A stretch of DNA of 64,000 nucleotides. Origin: Planctomycetota bacterium. Lineage in GTDB: Bacteria; Planctomycetota; GCA-002687715; CAIWVZ01. The stretch is from NCBI GenBank assembly GCA_044222185.1, contig JBGANV010000002.1:512001-576000 (forward strand). The letters run 5' to 3'. Below, piece by piece: positions 1 to 9,915 of this stretch. Below the pieces are notes generated by a model. That model worked only from the letters and a program-made list of their open reading frames with translations. It was not told the DNA's origin and made no database searches. The position numbers and the translations under genes were made by a program. Numbering within the stretch: position 1 is the first letter of the stretch; the number at the start of each line of letters is the position of its first letter.

Positions 1-583
1 GTGCCTCACGCCCTCAGGGACGCTCGGCACCAAGCCCGTGCAACTCGTCAACGGAGACAGCCAGGTCGTGACACTGTCTGCGGGGTTCACCTACCTGCCG
101 AACCTCTCGGTGACGAGCGCGTCGCCGCCCAGCGCGACGCCGGGCAGCCTGATCACGGTGATCGGGGCGGGCTTTCAGCTCGGCATGAGCGTCGTGGCAT
201 CAGGCGTCGCGGTCGTTCCGACGCTTCTGTCGTCCACGCAGTTGCGCTTCACGATGCCCGCCGGGACGACCTGCGACGGCCTGCTGGTCCTTTCCACCCC
301 GAGCGGCCAGAACGCGTCGATCGGCTTCACTCCGAGTCCGGTGATCAGCGGGGTGTATCCGCCGACTGCCGCCCCATCGGGTGGAACCCCGCTCGCGATC
401 GGCGGCGCGCACTTCTACCCGGGCACGACCGTGACCATCGGTGGCGTCCTCGTCCCGATCACCGGCAGCTCGTCCACCATCACCCTGTCGGTCGTGGCGC
501 CACCAGCTGCGGCTGGGCCGGCCGCCATCGTCGTGACGTCGCCCAGTGGCTGCACGGCGACCGGGATGATCACTTATCAGTGA
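1..583 (+). CDS. IPT/TIG repeat-containing secreted protein, 5'-truncated
   Basis: Frame 2 is open from base 2. Two to three IPT/TIG-like repeats (VTSASPPSATPGSLITVIGAGF; ISGVYPPTAAPSGGTPLAIGGAHFYPGTTVTIGG; FTY/ITY ends). Stop at 581-583. Confidence 0.8.
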   Translation, partial: CLTPSGTLGTKPVQLVNGDSQVVTLSAGFTYLPNLSVTSASPPSATPGSLITVIGAGFQLGMSVVASGVAVVPTLLSSTQLRFTMPAGTTCDGLLVLSTPSGQNASIGFTPSPVISGVYPPTAAPSGGTPLAIGGAHFYPGTTVTIGGVLVPITGSSSTITLSVVAPPAAAGPAAIVVTSPSGCTATGMITYQ

Positions 584-604
584 CCGCTGGGTCGTGCCGA
601 CGGC

Positions 605-1330
605 ATGACCCCGTTCTCCCGCGCCCCGCGTTACCGTGTCGCCCTCGTGGCACGGCCGCTTCGCACTGCGTTCAACAAGGCTCGGAACACCATCGGAACT
701 CTGGTGGTGGCGCTTTGCGTCCGCGTGCTGCTTTGGACCGTGCGCTTTCAGGTGATCAACTGGGCCGCGGGGCGCCAGATCACGCGCGAGGGTGACGGCG
801 TGATCTTCGCCTTCTGGCACAACTCGGTGATCATCCCGCTCGGACATGAATCGCGGTGGCATTGCGTCGCGCTCGTGAGCCCCGGCGGCGACGGAACTTT
901 CGCGGCGCGCATCATCCGGCATTTCGGCGTGCATTCGGCGCGGGGAAGCACGAGCAAACAGGGCGCGGAGGGCATGCTGGCGCTCCTGCGGGAGCGCCCT
1001 GCGTCGTGGTCGCTCGTGATCACACCCGACGGGCCGCGCGGGCCGCGCTACCAGGTGCAACCGGGCCTCGCTTATCTGGGATCGCGATCCGGTCTGCCGA
1101 TCGTCCCGATCGGCATGGCTCTTTCGAGGGCGTGGCATCTGCGCTCCTGGGATCGGTTCCGCATTCCCAAGCCGTTTTCACGCGCCGTCATGGTCTTTGG
1201 TGATCCTCTCCGACTGGCGCCGGACATGGATCGAGAGGAACTCGAGACGGCGCGGGTCTCCCTCGAGAACACGATCCGCGACGTCACGCGCCGTGCGCAC
1301 GAACAGGTGGGGCTCACATGGCCGGACTGA
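605..1330 (+). CDS. DUF374 / lysophospholipid acyltransferase family protein
   Basis: FAFWHN, LVSPGGDG, ARGSTSKQG, ITPDGPRGPRY and LRSWDRFRIPKPFSR motifs. True start may be slightly downstream. Confidence 0.85.
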   Translation: MTPFSRAPRYRVALVARPLRTAFNKARNTIGTLVVALCVRVLLWTVRFQVINWAAGRQITREGDGVIFAFWHNSVIIPLGHESRWHCVALVSPGGDGTFAARIIRHFGVHSARGSTSKQGAEGMLALLRERPASWSLVITPDGPRGPRYQVQPGLAYLGSRSGLPIVPIGMALSRAWHLRSWDRFRIPKPFSRAVMVFGDPLRLAPDMDREELETARVSLENTIRDVTRRAHEQVGLTWPD

Positions 1331-2184
1331 CTCAGGTGATCCAGATCTCGCGCGAGAAGGCCGTCGATCTCCGCGACCGGCTCGAGGAGGCGGGGTTCGC
1401 GTTCCACGACGTCCAGCACGCGCTCTTCGGCGCCAAGGGCGAGGGCACGACGCTCGTCTATTACACCTCCGGCAAGCTCGTGCTCCAGGGCAAGGAGATC
1501 CGCGAGTTCCTCGAGAAGTGGCTGCCAGACGATGCCCCACGCGCCCCAGAAGTGAAGGAAGCGCTCATCGGTGCCGACGAAGCCGGGAAGGGCGACTACT
1601 TCGGCCCGCTCGTCTGCGCGTCGTGTCTCTTGGATCCGGACGTCGCGCGCTTCCTCGACGAAGTGCCGCTTCGCGACAGCAAGACGCTTTCGGCGCGAGA
1701 GATCGCCGAAGCGGCGGAGACCTTGCGGCGCGTTCTTCCGCACGAAATCGTGATGATCGGCCCGTCGAAATACAACGAGCTGTACCCCAAGTTCGGCAAC
1801 CTGAACTCCATGCTCGCCTGGGCGCATGCGAAGGCGATCATGTCGGTCGTCCAGAAGACGAACTGCAAGCGGATCCTCCTCGACAAGTTCGCCGATGAGA
1901 GCGTCATGCGCCGCGCGCTCGGCACGGACTACGCCGGGCTCGAATTCCGCATGGAAACGAAGGCCGAGTCGGTCCCTGCGGTCGCTGCGGCGTCGATCCT
2001 CGCTCGCGATGCGTTCGTGCGAGGTGTGCAGAAGCTGTCGCGCGAGATCGGCATGCCGCTGCCGCTCGGCGCCGGTGAACCCGTCGATCGGGCCGTGCGC
2101 GCGCTCGTGGCGCAGAAGGGCGACGCCGTGCTCGGCGAGGTCGCGAAGCTCCACTTCAAGAACACCCAGAAGCGGTTCGGATAG
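1318..2184 (+). CDS. rnhC: Ribonuclease HIII
   Basis: N-terminal TBP-like domain (YYTSGKLVLQG) plus RNase HII/HIII core IGADEAGKGDYFGPLV, RDSK, LLDKF, KAES..AVAAASILAR and C-terminal AKLHFKNT. Confidence 0.9.
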   Translation: MAGLTQVIQISREKAVDLRDRLEEAGFAFHDVQHALFGAKGEGTTLVYYTSGKLVLQGKEIREFLEKWLPDDAPRAPEVKEALIGADEAGKGDYFGPLVCASCLLDPDVARFLDEVPLRDSKTLSAREIAEAAETLRRVLPHEIVMIGPSKYNELYPKFGNLNSMLAWAHAKAIMSVVQKTNCKRILLDKFADESVMRRALGTDYAGLEFRMETKAESVPAVAAASILARDAFVRGVQKLSREIGMPLPLGAGEPVDRAVRALVAQKGDAVLGEVAKLHFKNTQKRFG

Positions 2185-2249
2185 ACCCCCTCGCGCCACC
2201 ACGGCCTCGCGCACGACGCTTCGCAAGGTCGCGTAAGATCCACGCCGTC

Positions 2250-3644
2250 ATGCAACTCCGATTCCTCGGTGCGGCGCGTCAAGTCACCGGCTCGTGCCAC
2301 GAGCTCACCGTCGACGGTCAGCGAATCCTCCTCGATTGCGGCATGTTCCAGGGACATCGGCAGGAGGCCTACGAGAAGAACCGTGCGTTTCGCGTGAAGG
2401 GTCGCGACATCGCGTCCGTGATCCTCTCGCATGCGCACGTCGACCACTGCGGCAATCTTCCGCAGCTGATGGAATCGGGGTTCGCCGGAAAGGTCTGGTG
2501 CACTCCGGCGACCCGCGATCTCGCGCGTGTCATGCTCCTGGATGCGGCCCAGATCCAGGAGCGCGACGTCGAGCACCTGCGAATGAGCCGCGGCGAGCGG
2601 GCCGAGCCGCTCTTCGACGAGCGCGACGTCCTCCAGGTGTTGTCGCGATTCGTCGCCGTGCCCTACGACACGTGGTTCGAGCCCGCGCGCGGCGTTCGCG
2701 CCATGTTCTCGGACGCAGGTCACATCATCGGGTCGGCCGCGGTCCACCTGGAGATCACGGAGCCGGGGCACGAGAAGCTCCGTGTCACGTTCACGGGCGA
2801 CATCGGCCGACGAGGCGTGCCGTTGCTGAGGGATCCCGCCCCGCTTCCGCAGGCCGAAGTCGTCCTCACCGAGAGCACCTACGGCGGTCGCGAGCACGAC
2901 GATCGGGAGAACCCCGCCGAAGGCATGAAGCGGAGTTTGGAAGCCGCGGTCAAGCTCGCAGTCTCCAACGGAGGCCGCCTGATAATTCCCGCGTTCGCCG
3001 TCGGTCGAACGCAGATCGTGCTCTACTACCTGAACGAGCTCATCTCCGAGGGTCGGATCGGTGCGCTTCCGATCTACATCGACTCGCCCATGTCGACGGA
3101 AGCGACGGCCGTCATGCGCAAGCACCTGGAGATCCTCGACGAGGATGCGCATGCCAAGGTGGCTCGCGCCATCGACCCGCTCATGAACAAGAACGTCCAC
3201 CTGATCGAGGCGGTGGCCGAATCCAAGCGGCTCAACTCGACTCCTGGATCTTGCGTCGTGATCGCGCCATCGGGCATGTGCGAGTTCGGCCGCGTCGTGC
3301 ATCACCTCGCGAATGGAATCGACGATCCGCGCAACGTGATCGCGTTCGTCGGCTATCAGGCCGAGCACACCCTCGGTCGCCGAATCTCCGAGGGGCTGTC
3401 ACCTGTGCGCATGCTGGGGCGAATGCTGAACGTGCGCGCCCGGGTCGTGAAGATGAACGGGTTTTCGGCTCACGCCGACCGCAGCGATCTGCTCGACTAC
3501 CTGCGACCCTTGCGCGGTGCCGCCGGCCGTGTGTTCGTCGTTCACGGGGAAGTGGACCAGGCTGAGTCGCTCGCGGCGTCGCTGCGGGGCGAAGGGTTTT
3601 CGCGCGTGGACGTTCCGGCGGAGAAGACGACCGTTTCGATTTGA
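2250..3644 (+). CDS. MBL-fold beta-CASP ribonuclease (YSH1/TTHA0252-like)
   Basis: GAARQVTGSC, LDCG, SHAHVDHCG, AGHIIGSA, TGDIG, ESTYG, PAFAVGRTQ and FSAHAD motifs. Confidence 0.92.
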   Translation: MQLRFLGAARQVTGSCHELTVDGQRILLDCGMFQGHRQEAYEKNRAFRVKGRDIASVILSHAHVDHCGNLPQLMESGFAGKVWCTPATRDLARVMLLDAAQIQERDVEHLRMSRGERAEPLFDERDVLQVLSRFVAVPYDTWFEPARGVRAMFSDAGHIIGSAAVHLEITEPGHEKLRVTFTGDIGRRGVPLLRDPAPLPQAEVVLTESTYGGREHDDRENPAEGMKRSLEAAVKLAVSNGGRLIIPAFAVGRTQIVLYYLNELISEGRIGALPIYIDSPMSTEATAVMRKHLEILDEDAHAKVARAIDPLMNKNVHLIEAVAESKRLNSTPGSCVVIAPSGMCEFGRVVHHLANGIDDPRNVIAFVGYQAEHTLGRRISEGLSPVRMLGRMLNVRARVVKMNGFSAHADRSDLLDYLRPLRGAAGRVFVVHGEVDQAESLAASLRGEGFSRVDVPAEKTTVSI

Positions 3645-3765
3645 ACGATGATCTGCCTGCGCGCCGCACGGGTGAGAGATGGCCGCTGCCCCGCCCCCGG
3701 CCGCCGGTTTCGGAGGGTTGAGCGCCCGGGTACGATGCTCGACTCATTCGGCCAGCCGAATTCGC

Positions 3766-5679
3766 ATGGGCCCATTCCTCAGCACGATCCTCGCCGCCTT
3801 CCTCAGCGTGTTTGCAGTCGGGTCCGACCCGCTGCCCGTGCGCATCGGGCGGCCCGTGGCGATCCTCGGCGCTCTGGCCGTCATCCTGGTGGCCCGCGCC
3901 ACGGCGCACGCCTACCTCGCCGAACAGGCCGAGGAGGAGGAGGGGAGACGCGTCGGACGGCATCCGCCCTGGGCACGCGCCCTGGACCTCGCGCTGTTCG
4001 CGACGGTGCTGTGGGGAACCGACTGGCCTCTCGTGGCCCGAGAAGCGGTGGCCGACCTGCCATTCTTGAGACACGCCTTCGTGTTCCTGCCGCACCTGCT
4101 GGCGTCCATCGCGCGAACGGATGCGGCCTACCCGCTCGAGACGCGCGACGTCGAGAACCCGTGGTCGCGGCCCCGCAATCTCTTCTTCCACGCACGCCTG
4201 CTGCTGATTCCCGTCCTGCCGCTGTTCTTGATCCACGGGCTCACGGACGCCGTCGAGCGCGTCCCCGTGATGCAATCGCTCATCGCGGCCTACCCACAAG
4301 CGACCTACCTCGAAGCGCTCGTCATGGTGGGTCTCACCGTCGGTGCGACACCGCTGATCATGCAATGGCTGCTCGGGTCGCAGCCGCTCGCGGATGGCCC
4401 GCTGCGCGATCAGCTCGAGAGCTACCTGAAGCGCGTGGGGTTCAAGGTCGGCCGCATCGATTGGGTCGATACCGGCGGACACGTCGCCAACGCGGCGTTC
4501 GTCGGAGTGTTGCCAGGATTCAACCGGGTGTTCATCAGCGATGCGCTGCTGCGCGCGCTCCCGCCGGATGAGGTCGGCGCCGTCTTCGCGCACGAGATCG
4601 GTCACGGATTCCACCGCCACCTGCGGACGTTCCTCCTCTTCTTCCTCGCGGTGCCGCTCTTCCTGTTCGCCGGGATGGACCCGCTCGCGGCCGTTCTCGC
4701 CAAGGCGACGCGCGCGGTCGCCGGGACTGCGGGTGGCGATCAGCTCGTGGGGCAGGTCGCGGGTCTCATCGCCGTGGGATTTGGCGCCGCCGCGAGCCTG
4801 GGCGCCATGGCCTTCGCCTTCGTGTGGATGTCCCGTCGCATGGAGGTCGAGGCTGACCTCTTCGCGGCGCGGACCCTCGACGACCCGGAAGTGTTCAACC
4901 GCGCGCTCGTCCGTGTCGGCGTCATGTCCGGGCGCCCGCCGCACGAGGACGGGCTGAGACACTTCGCGATCGCAAAGCGCGTGGCGATCGTGCGTGACTG
5001 GGTCGCCTTTCCGGAGCAGCGGACGTACTGGGCGCGGTCGCTCGGGCGCATCCGACGCTGGACGCTGATCGGATTCGGGCTCGCCGTTGTCGCCGCAGCC
5101 GCCACGCTCCCTCGCGACTTCACGCTCGTGCGGGCCCGCACGCTCGTCGCTTCGCTCGATGCCGCCCTCATCAAGGGCGAGTTCGACGCGGCGCGGGAGA
5201 TGCGCGCCGCGTTGGACGAGCTGAAACCCACGGACGATCCGATCGACGCTTTCAACCGTATCCACCTGGGCGCCGAGCTCTACGTCACCGAGGACGACCC
5301 GGCACGCGCCCGGGAAGCCGTGGCCGCGGACGTGGCAGCCCATGCGCGCCTTCAGGCGGCCGTGGATGCCCACACCATCGCCGTCGATCCGGCCAACTGG
5401 CTGATCATCACTGCCGAGATCGCATTCATGCAAGCCATCGTGAATCACCCGGGCGCCGCGCCGCTCACCTTCGACCCCGACGCGTTCGCCGCGCACCGCG
5501 CCTGGGCGATCCTTCGGGGCATGCGGAGCGACTACGACGAGCGATTCGAAATCCGGCGTGCCCTGGACGGGTTGGCCGACGAGCAGGCATGGCGCCTCCT
5601 CGCCATGAAGAAGGCCCTCGGCGGCCGATCGGCGGAAGAGCTGTTGATGGAACGCTATCTGGGCGCGACTCCGCGCTGA
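3766..5679 (+). CDS. M48 family (HtpX/Ste24-like) membrane zinc metalloprotease with C-terminal helical extension
   Basis: Multiple TM segments, ANAAFVG, HEIGH zinc motif, downstream EVEADLFA. Start chosen at ATG 3766. Confidence 0.85.
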   Translation: MGPFLSTILAAFLSVFAVGSDPLPVRIGRPVAILGALAVILVARATAHAYLAEQAEEEEGRRVGRHPPWARALDLALFATVLWGTDWPLVAREAVADLPFLRHAFVFLPHLLASIARTDAAYPLETRDVENPWSRPRNLFFHARLLLIPVLPLFLIHGLTDAVERVPVMQSLIAAYPQATYLEALVMVGLTVGATPLIMQWLLGSQPLADGPLRDQLESYLKRVGFKVGRIDWVDTGGHVANAAFVGVLPGFNRVFISDALLRALPPDEVGAVFAHEIGHGFHRHLRTFLLFFLAVPLFLFAGMDPLAAVLAKATRAVAGTAGGDQLVGQVAGLIAVGFGAAASLGAMAFAFVWMSRRMEVEADLFAARTLDDPEVFNRALVRVGVMSGRPPHEDGLRHFAIAKRVAIVRDWVAFPEQRTYWARSLGRIRRWTLIGFGLAVVAAAATLPRDFTLVRARTLVASLDAALIKGEFDAAREMRAALDELKPTDDPIDAFNRIHLGAELYVTEDDPARAREAVAADVAAHARLQAAVDAHTIAVDPANWLIITAEIAFMQAIVNHPGAAPLTFDPDAFAAHRAWAILRGMRSDYDERFEIRRALDGLADEQAWRLLAMKKALGGRSAEELLMERYLGATPR

Positions 5680-5684
5680 CACCC

Positions 5685-7223
5685 ATGACGAGCACGCACG
5701 ACCGACCGACCGCGATCGTCTACCACGAGCGGACGAAGTACTCGGAGCACGAGCTGGCGCGCAATCCTCGGCAGCTCGATTGGTCGCGGCGACCGTCGCC
5801 TTACAAGGACGTCGTCACGGATCGACGCGTACGGCTCGGCAAGTACCTGCCGTTTCCGCGGGACCCGTTCAGCGGCGACACGCTCGAGCCCGTGGCGTCG
5901 AAGCCCGAAGACCCCATCGGGCTGCCGCAGTTGTCGCGCCTCCTCTACTTCACCTACGGGATCACCGCAGTCGTCAATGGCCCGGGAGAGATGCACGCAC
6001 TTCGGGCCGCGCCATCGGCGGGCGCGCTCTATCCGGCGGAGATCTACGTCGCCACGCGCGGGATCGAGGGACTGTCGGACGGGGTTCACGATTACCAGGT
6101 GCGCAATCACTCGCTCGTGACGCTGTGGGATGGGGATTTCTGGAGCGAGTTCCAGCGATACGCCTATGGCCACGAGGCCATCGCGCGCAGCAACGTCCTC
6201 GTGATGTTCTCCGCGGTCTTCTTCCGTTCGGCGTGGCGATATGAGGAGCGCGCGTATCGCCGTATCCTGCTCGACACCGGGCACGCCCTCGGCAACCTCG
6301 AGTGCTACGCGCCGTACGAGCACCTGCTCGTCTATCCGGTCAGCGGATTTTGCGACGACGCGCTCAACGGCATGTTGTTCCTCGATCCGAAGGAGGAAGG
6401 GATCCTCATGGTGTGCGCGCTGGCGCGGCCGCAGGATCTCGAGGGCGTCACCGTGCGCCGCAGCAGCGTGTATCCGAGCGCCGTCGTTCCCATGTCGTCG
6501 CAGATCCCGCGGGAGGGACTGCTCCAGAAGCTGCACGAGGCGTCGTCCATTCCGGGTGGCGAGGTGTTCAAGGAAGGTCGACTGCCGGACGACGTGGCGG
6601 TCGAGGGACTGCACCGCGAGAAGCCCGAGATGCCCTTCGTCGGGCGCGGCATCGAGTTCGACGTGCCGGAGACGATCCGCACGCGGCGCTCCACGCGCGA
6701 GTTCACGGGCGGTGAGATGCCGCTGCGGCAGCTCGCCGACATCCTGGGCTATGCCTATGAGGTCGCCGTGCCCAGAGAGGGCGAAGCGGACCGCGGGTTG
6801 CCGAGCGTCTTCGATCCTTCGCTGATCGAGACCTACGTGATCGTGCAGGCCGTCGAGACTCTCGCGCCCGGCGTCTACTACTACGCGCCCGGCAGCAAGA
6901 CGCTGCGGTGCGTCCGCACGGGGCAGTTCCGCAGTCACTCACACCACTTCTGCCTCGGGCAGGAGCTGGGGCTCAAGGCCTCGGCGGTCGTCGTGCACGT
7001 CTCCGACATCCGCGCGGCGCTCGACAAATACGGTGAGCGCGCTTATCGGTACCTGCATCTCGACGCCGGTCACCTCGGTCAGCGCATGAATCTCGCCGCC
7101 ATCGCCAGCAGCGCGGGAGCCTCCGGCATCGGCGGGTTCTTCGACGACGAGGTCAACTCCGTGCTGCACGTCGACCGCGATCGCATCGTCGTCTACGTCA
7201 CGTGCCTCGGCATGCCTGCGTGA
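5685..7223 (+). CDS. SagB/ThcOx-family tandem nitroreductase-fold dehydrogenase
   Basis: YHERTKY, LRAAPSAGALYPAEIY, WRYEERAYRRILLDTGH; second domain RRSTREF ... YGERAYRYLHLDAGHLGQR, GIGGFFDD. Confidence 0.88.
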   Translation: MTSTHDRPTAIVYHERTKYSEHELARNPRQLDWSRRPSPYKDVVTDRRVRLGKYLPFPRDPFSGDTLEPVASKPEDPIGLPQLSRLLYFTYGITAVVNGPGEMHALRAAPSAGALYPAEIYVATRGIEGLSDGVHDYQVRNHSLVTLWDGDFWSEFQRYAYGHEAIARSNVLVMFSAVFFRSAWRYEERAYRRILLDTGHALGNLECYAPYEHLLVYPVSGFCDDALNGMLFLDPKEEGILMVCALARPQDLEGVTVRRSSVYPSAVVPMSSQIPREGLLQKLHEASSIPGGEVFKEGRLPDDVAVEGLHREKPEMPFVGRGIEFDVPETIRTRRSTREFTGGEMPLRQLADILGYAYEVAVPREGEADRGLPSVFDPSLIETYVIVQAVETLAPGVYYYAPGSKTLRCVRTGQFRSHSHHFCLGQELGLKASAVVVHVSDIRAALDKYGERAYRYLHLDAGHLGQRMNLAAIASSAGASGIGGFFDDEVNSVLHVDRDRIVVYVTCLGMPA

Positions 7224-7241
7224 CGGAGTGGCTCGCGGCCT

Positions 7242-7451
7242 CTATTTGCCGCCCCGGAACATGGCCGCGTGGATGCACGACAGGATGTTGATGATCCATC
7301 CGAACGTGCCGAGGGTCAGGAACCACAACACGCCTCCCGCGACGAACCAGATGATGGCCCACAGCACGCGGGCCTGAACGAGCTGGCCGAGTCCTGGGAT
7401 GAAGAACGAGCACAGCGCCGCGATCACGTTCCCTGCACTGCCTTGAGCCAT
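7242..7451 (-). CDS. Small membrane protein (TM2/DUF5683-like), 69 aa
   Basis: MAQGSAGNVIAALCSFFIPGLGQLVQAR... hydrophobic; AGGAGG Shine-Dalgarno just upstream of the ATG at 7451. Confidence 0.8.
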   Translation of the reverse strand: MAQGSAGNVIAALCSFFIPGLGQLVQARVLWAIIWFVAGGVLWFLTLGTFGWIINILSCIHAAMFRGGK

Positions 7452-7583
7452 GTGACCTCCTGCCCGCGACGCGCACCGACCGGCACGCGTGGGCCGGCGA
7501 TTGTCGCAGGCGCGCCGCGCAGGGCAACCGGTTGGTTCCGGAGCATCGCCGATCAGCCCGGAGTCGTGCATCATCTCGCCGTC

Positions 7584-7877
7584 ATGGTCGAACCCCCGCC
7601 CGGATGGAAGCCCCACGCGCCGGACACCTCCTACGAGGCCGAGCTCGTTCTCTTCGATCTCTATCGGCGCATGACACACGCCCGCAAGCTCGAGATCGTC
7701 GGTGAGCTCATCGCCATGGCCGATGCCCTCGCCACCAGCGACGAGCGCCGCCACCATCCCGACGCTGACGACGAAGAGATCCGCCTGCGGGTTCTCGCTC
7801 GCCGCTTCGATCGCCCCACCATGCTCGCCGTCTGGGATCCGAGCGCTCGTGGAGCGCCGATCGACCCGTCGCGATAG
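7584..7877 (+). CDS. Small hypothetical protein (97 aa), possible antitoxin-like
   Basis: DTSYEAELVLFDLYRRMTHARKLEIV...HPDADDEEIRLRVLARR; GC3-rich codon usage. Confidence 0.65.
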   Translation: MVEPPPGWKPHAPDTSYEAELVLFDLYRRMTHARKLEIVGELIAMADALATSDERRHHPDADDEEIRLRVLARRFDRPTMLAVWDPSARGAPIDPSR

Positions 7878-8205
7878 CGGCGGCGCGATCGGCCGGACCG
7901 CCGGACGACCGAAGCGAAGCGGAGGCGTCCGGGCCGGGTTGTGTCGATGCGCTGCGTGACATTCGAGGATCAAGCCGACACCAGTGATCTCGCACCAGCC
8001 CGGGCGCAACACCGGTTGGCCCGCGCGAGACGCTCGGCGATCCTGCCAGTCTCCGCCGAAACGGCGGAAGACTGGCGCTCCTTCGTGCGCATGCAGCTTC
8101 CCGTGCACCAACCCGAGGATCACAGCGCTCCCAACGACGACCGCCACGAGGATACGAATGACGAGTTCTCGGCGCATTGAATGGTGATTCATCCGCAACG
8201 TCGCC

Positions 8206-9504
8206 TCAGCGAATGGGCGAACTCGTGGACGAGGCGCGGGATTCGATCCATTCAGCCCACATCGAGGCGGTTCGTCGGTCGTCCACTCCGCGTGTCGTCG
8301 AGCTCGATACGTCGGGCCCACCTCCGAAGGCGCGGGTGAGCTCCGCATCGAGACTGTCCGACAGACCATCGGCTTGCTGGCTGATGTTGCGCAGGATCCG
8401 CGATGCGTGGGTCACGTCGCCGAGTCTAAGAAGGGCCCAAAGCACGGCGCGAAGATCGACCGCATCCTTTCCATCGATCGATCCCTGGAGGACGGTAATC
8501 GCGCGCCGATCACCCAGATCACCCAGACCGCTACACACCGCGCGGAAGTCACCGTCGCCCACCGGCGGCATGAAGTGCAGAAGCCACTCGTAGGAGTCCG
8601 CAAATCGGTGCATCCCCAGCGCGGCGATGGCGTCTTCCCGATAGTTGGGGTCCACCATGTACGTTCGAAGACGCTCGGAGCTTGGCGGTTCGAACGCGCC
8701 GTGAAGCTGGAGACGCGCCGTGGCGACCGCCGCGTCGGGAGTCCCCGGGTGCAGGTCGATGAGGCGGAGGTACCGGGATCTTGCTTCCGTCCATTGACCC
8801 ACGCGCTCGTGCAGAAACGGTCCGAGCCGGGCGCACAGGCGCGTGTCGTCTTCGGCCATGGGGAACCACGGGAGGTCGTGCGCGCTCTTGAACGCCGCGA
8901 GTGCTCCGGGCCAGTCGCCCATGGCCTGAAGCGTGGTGCACACCCTTCGCCTGAGTGCGTGTTTCTCGGCGGCGACACCGGATCCGCAGTCAGAAAACGG
9001 CTGCAGCGACGTCGCGAGGGAGAGGGCAGAGGTCAGGTCCCCCGACAGCGAGAGAATCGCGGCTCGAACGAGCGTGGGGTCTCCGGCCGGGTTCATCCAC
9101 CGGTGCACGAGGGACTCGGACCTGATCGACTTGTCCGCCACGTAGGCGTCGCTTGCCGCGAGGACCGTCCGTGCGTCCGCTTGAATGTCCGACCACTGCG
9201 GCAGCTCACGTGGACTGATGTCGAACTCCGCCTCGAAGCCATCGATGCGATCGGTCAGGTTCCACAATCGTCGAATCGCTTCGGCGCCGGCGAGGTGACC
9301 AACCTGCGCCACCAGTTCCTGCGCGACGTCGTGGAAGTCCTTCGCGATGGCTGCGAGCGCGGCCGGCGCTCCGGCGCGCATCGACGCTCGCAGCTCAGCC
9401 GCGTGTTGGCGCTCGCGGGCAGCGCGGAGTTCCAACACCGTCACCACGGCTGCCGAGGCAACCGCGATGCTGACGACGAGCCACCTGAGTCTGCCTCTGC
9501 GCAT
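8206..9504 (-). CDS. Membrane-anchored TPR/HEAT-repeat protein
   Basis: N-terminal TM; TPR-like (GDWPGALAAF; GQWTEARSRYLRLIDLHPGT) and HEAT-like (REDAIAALG; LGDLGDRRAITVL) segments. Confidence 0.65.
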   Translation of the reverse strand: MRRGRLRWLVVSIAVASAAVVTVLELRAARERQHAAELRASMRAGAPAALAAIAKDFHDVAQELVAQVGHLAGAEAIRRLWNLTDRIDGFEAEFDISPRELPQWSDIQADARTVLAASDAYVADKSIRSESLVHRWMNPAGDPTLVRAAILSLSGDLTSALSLATSLQPFSDCGSGVAAEKHALRRRVCTTLQAMGDWPGALAAFKSAHDLPWFPMAEDDTRLCARLGPFLHERVGQWTEARSRYLRLIDLHPGTPDAAVATARLQLHGAFEPPSSERLRTYMVDPNYREDAIAALGMHRFADSYEWLLHFMPPVGDGDFRAVCSGLGDLGDRRAITVLQGSIDGKDAVDLRAVLWALLRLGDVTHASRILRNISQQADGLSDSLDAELTRAFGGGPDVSSSTTRGVDDRRTASMWAEWIESRASSTSSPIR

Positions 9505-9640
9505 GACGCGACCGTGGGCCCATCCTATCCATGGGCGGGAGACGAAACGGGATGATGCGTTTTCGCCGACCGGGATTGGACGACCCTCTCTCGGCGTTCA
9601 TTCCGCCGTCGTCAGCCCATCACCGAGTACACTCGCCGCC

Positions 9641-9865
9641 GTGAACCTCCCGACGAACAGGCGCGTGCGGATCGCGCTCGCGGTCCTGATCGCCGCCGGG
9701 CTGCTCGGCCTCGGCTGGGGGTTGCTCGCGGATGCGAGTCGCCCTTCGCGCATCGGCGACGCTTCGGTTCCAGCGCCGCTCGACGCGGGCTTGCCTGCTG
9801 GAGCCGGCGCCATGGAGATCTTCGCCCGCATGTGGAAGGAAACGCCGCCCGTCGCCGCGAAATAG
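9641..9865 (+). CDS. Small single-TM protein (74 aa); apparent internally deleted paralog of the next gene
   Basis: GTG start; TM then LLADASRPS; C-terminus AMEIFARMWKETPPV matches the C-terminus of 9916..11451. Confidence 0.5.
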   Translation: MNLPTNRRVRIALAVLIAAGLLGLGWGLLADASRPSRIGDASVPAPLDAGLPAGAGAMEIFARMWKETPPVAAK

Positions 9866-9915
9866 CGGGCGAACGAGAGCGTCGTAGTCACCGGATAGAC
9901 GGATACCGTTGAGCC

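Noticed and set aside
3232-5682. 816-aa minus-strand ORF (also 17879..19987, 34806..37001, 50846..52783, 40442..42064)
   Set aside because: Antisense to well-supported genes, with Arg/Gly/Ala-rich non-protein-like composition.
5685-7451. Thiazole/oxazole RiPP cluster around the SagB-like gene
   Set aside because: No YcaO/cyclodehydratase, transporter or Cys/Ser/Thr-rich precursor nearby.
7880-8177. Minus-strand segment MRRELVIRILVAVVVGSAVILGLV... as a gene or remnant of an 8206..9504 paralog
   Set aside because: TM-like start but no stop of its own (it runs through an opposite-strand gene), and similarity to the neighbour is too weak.
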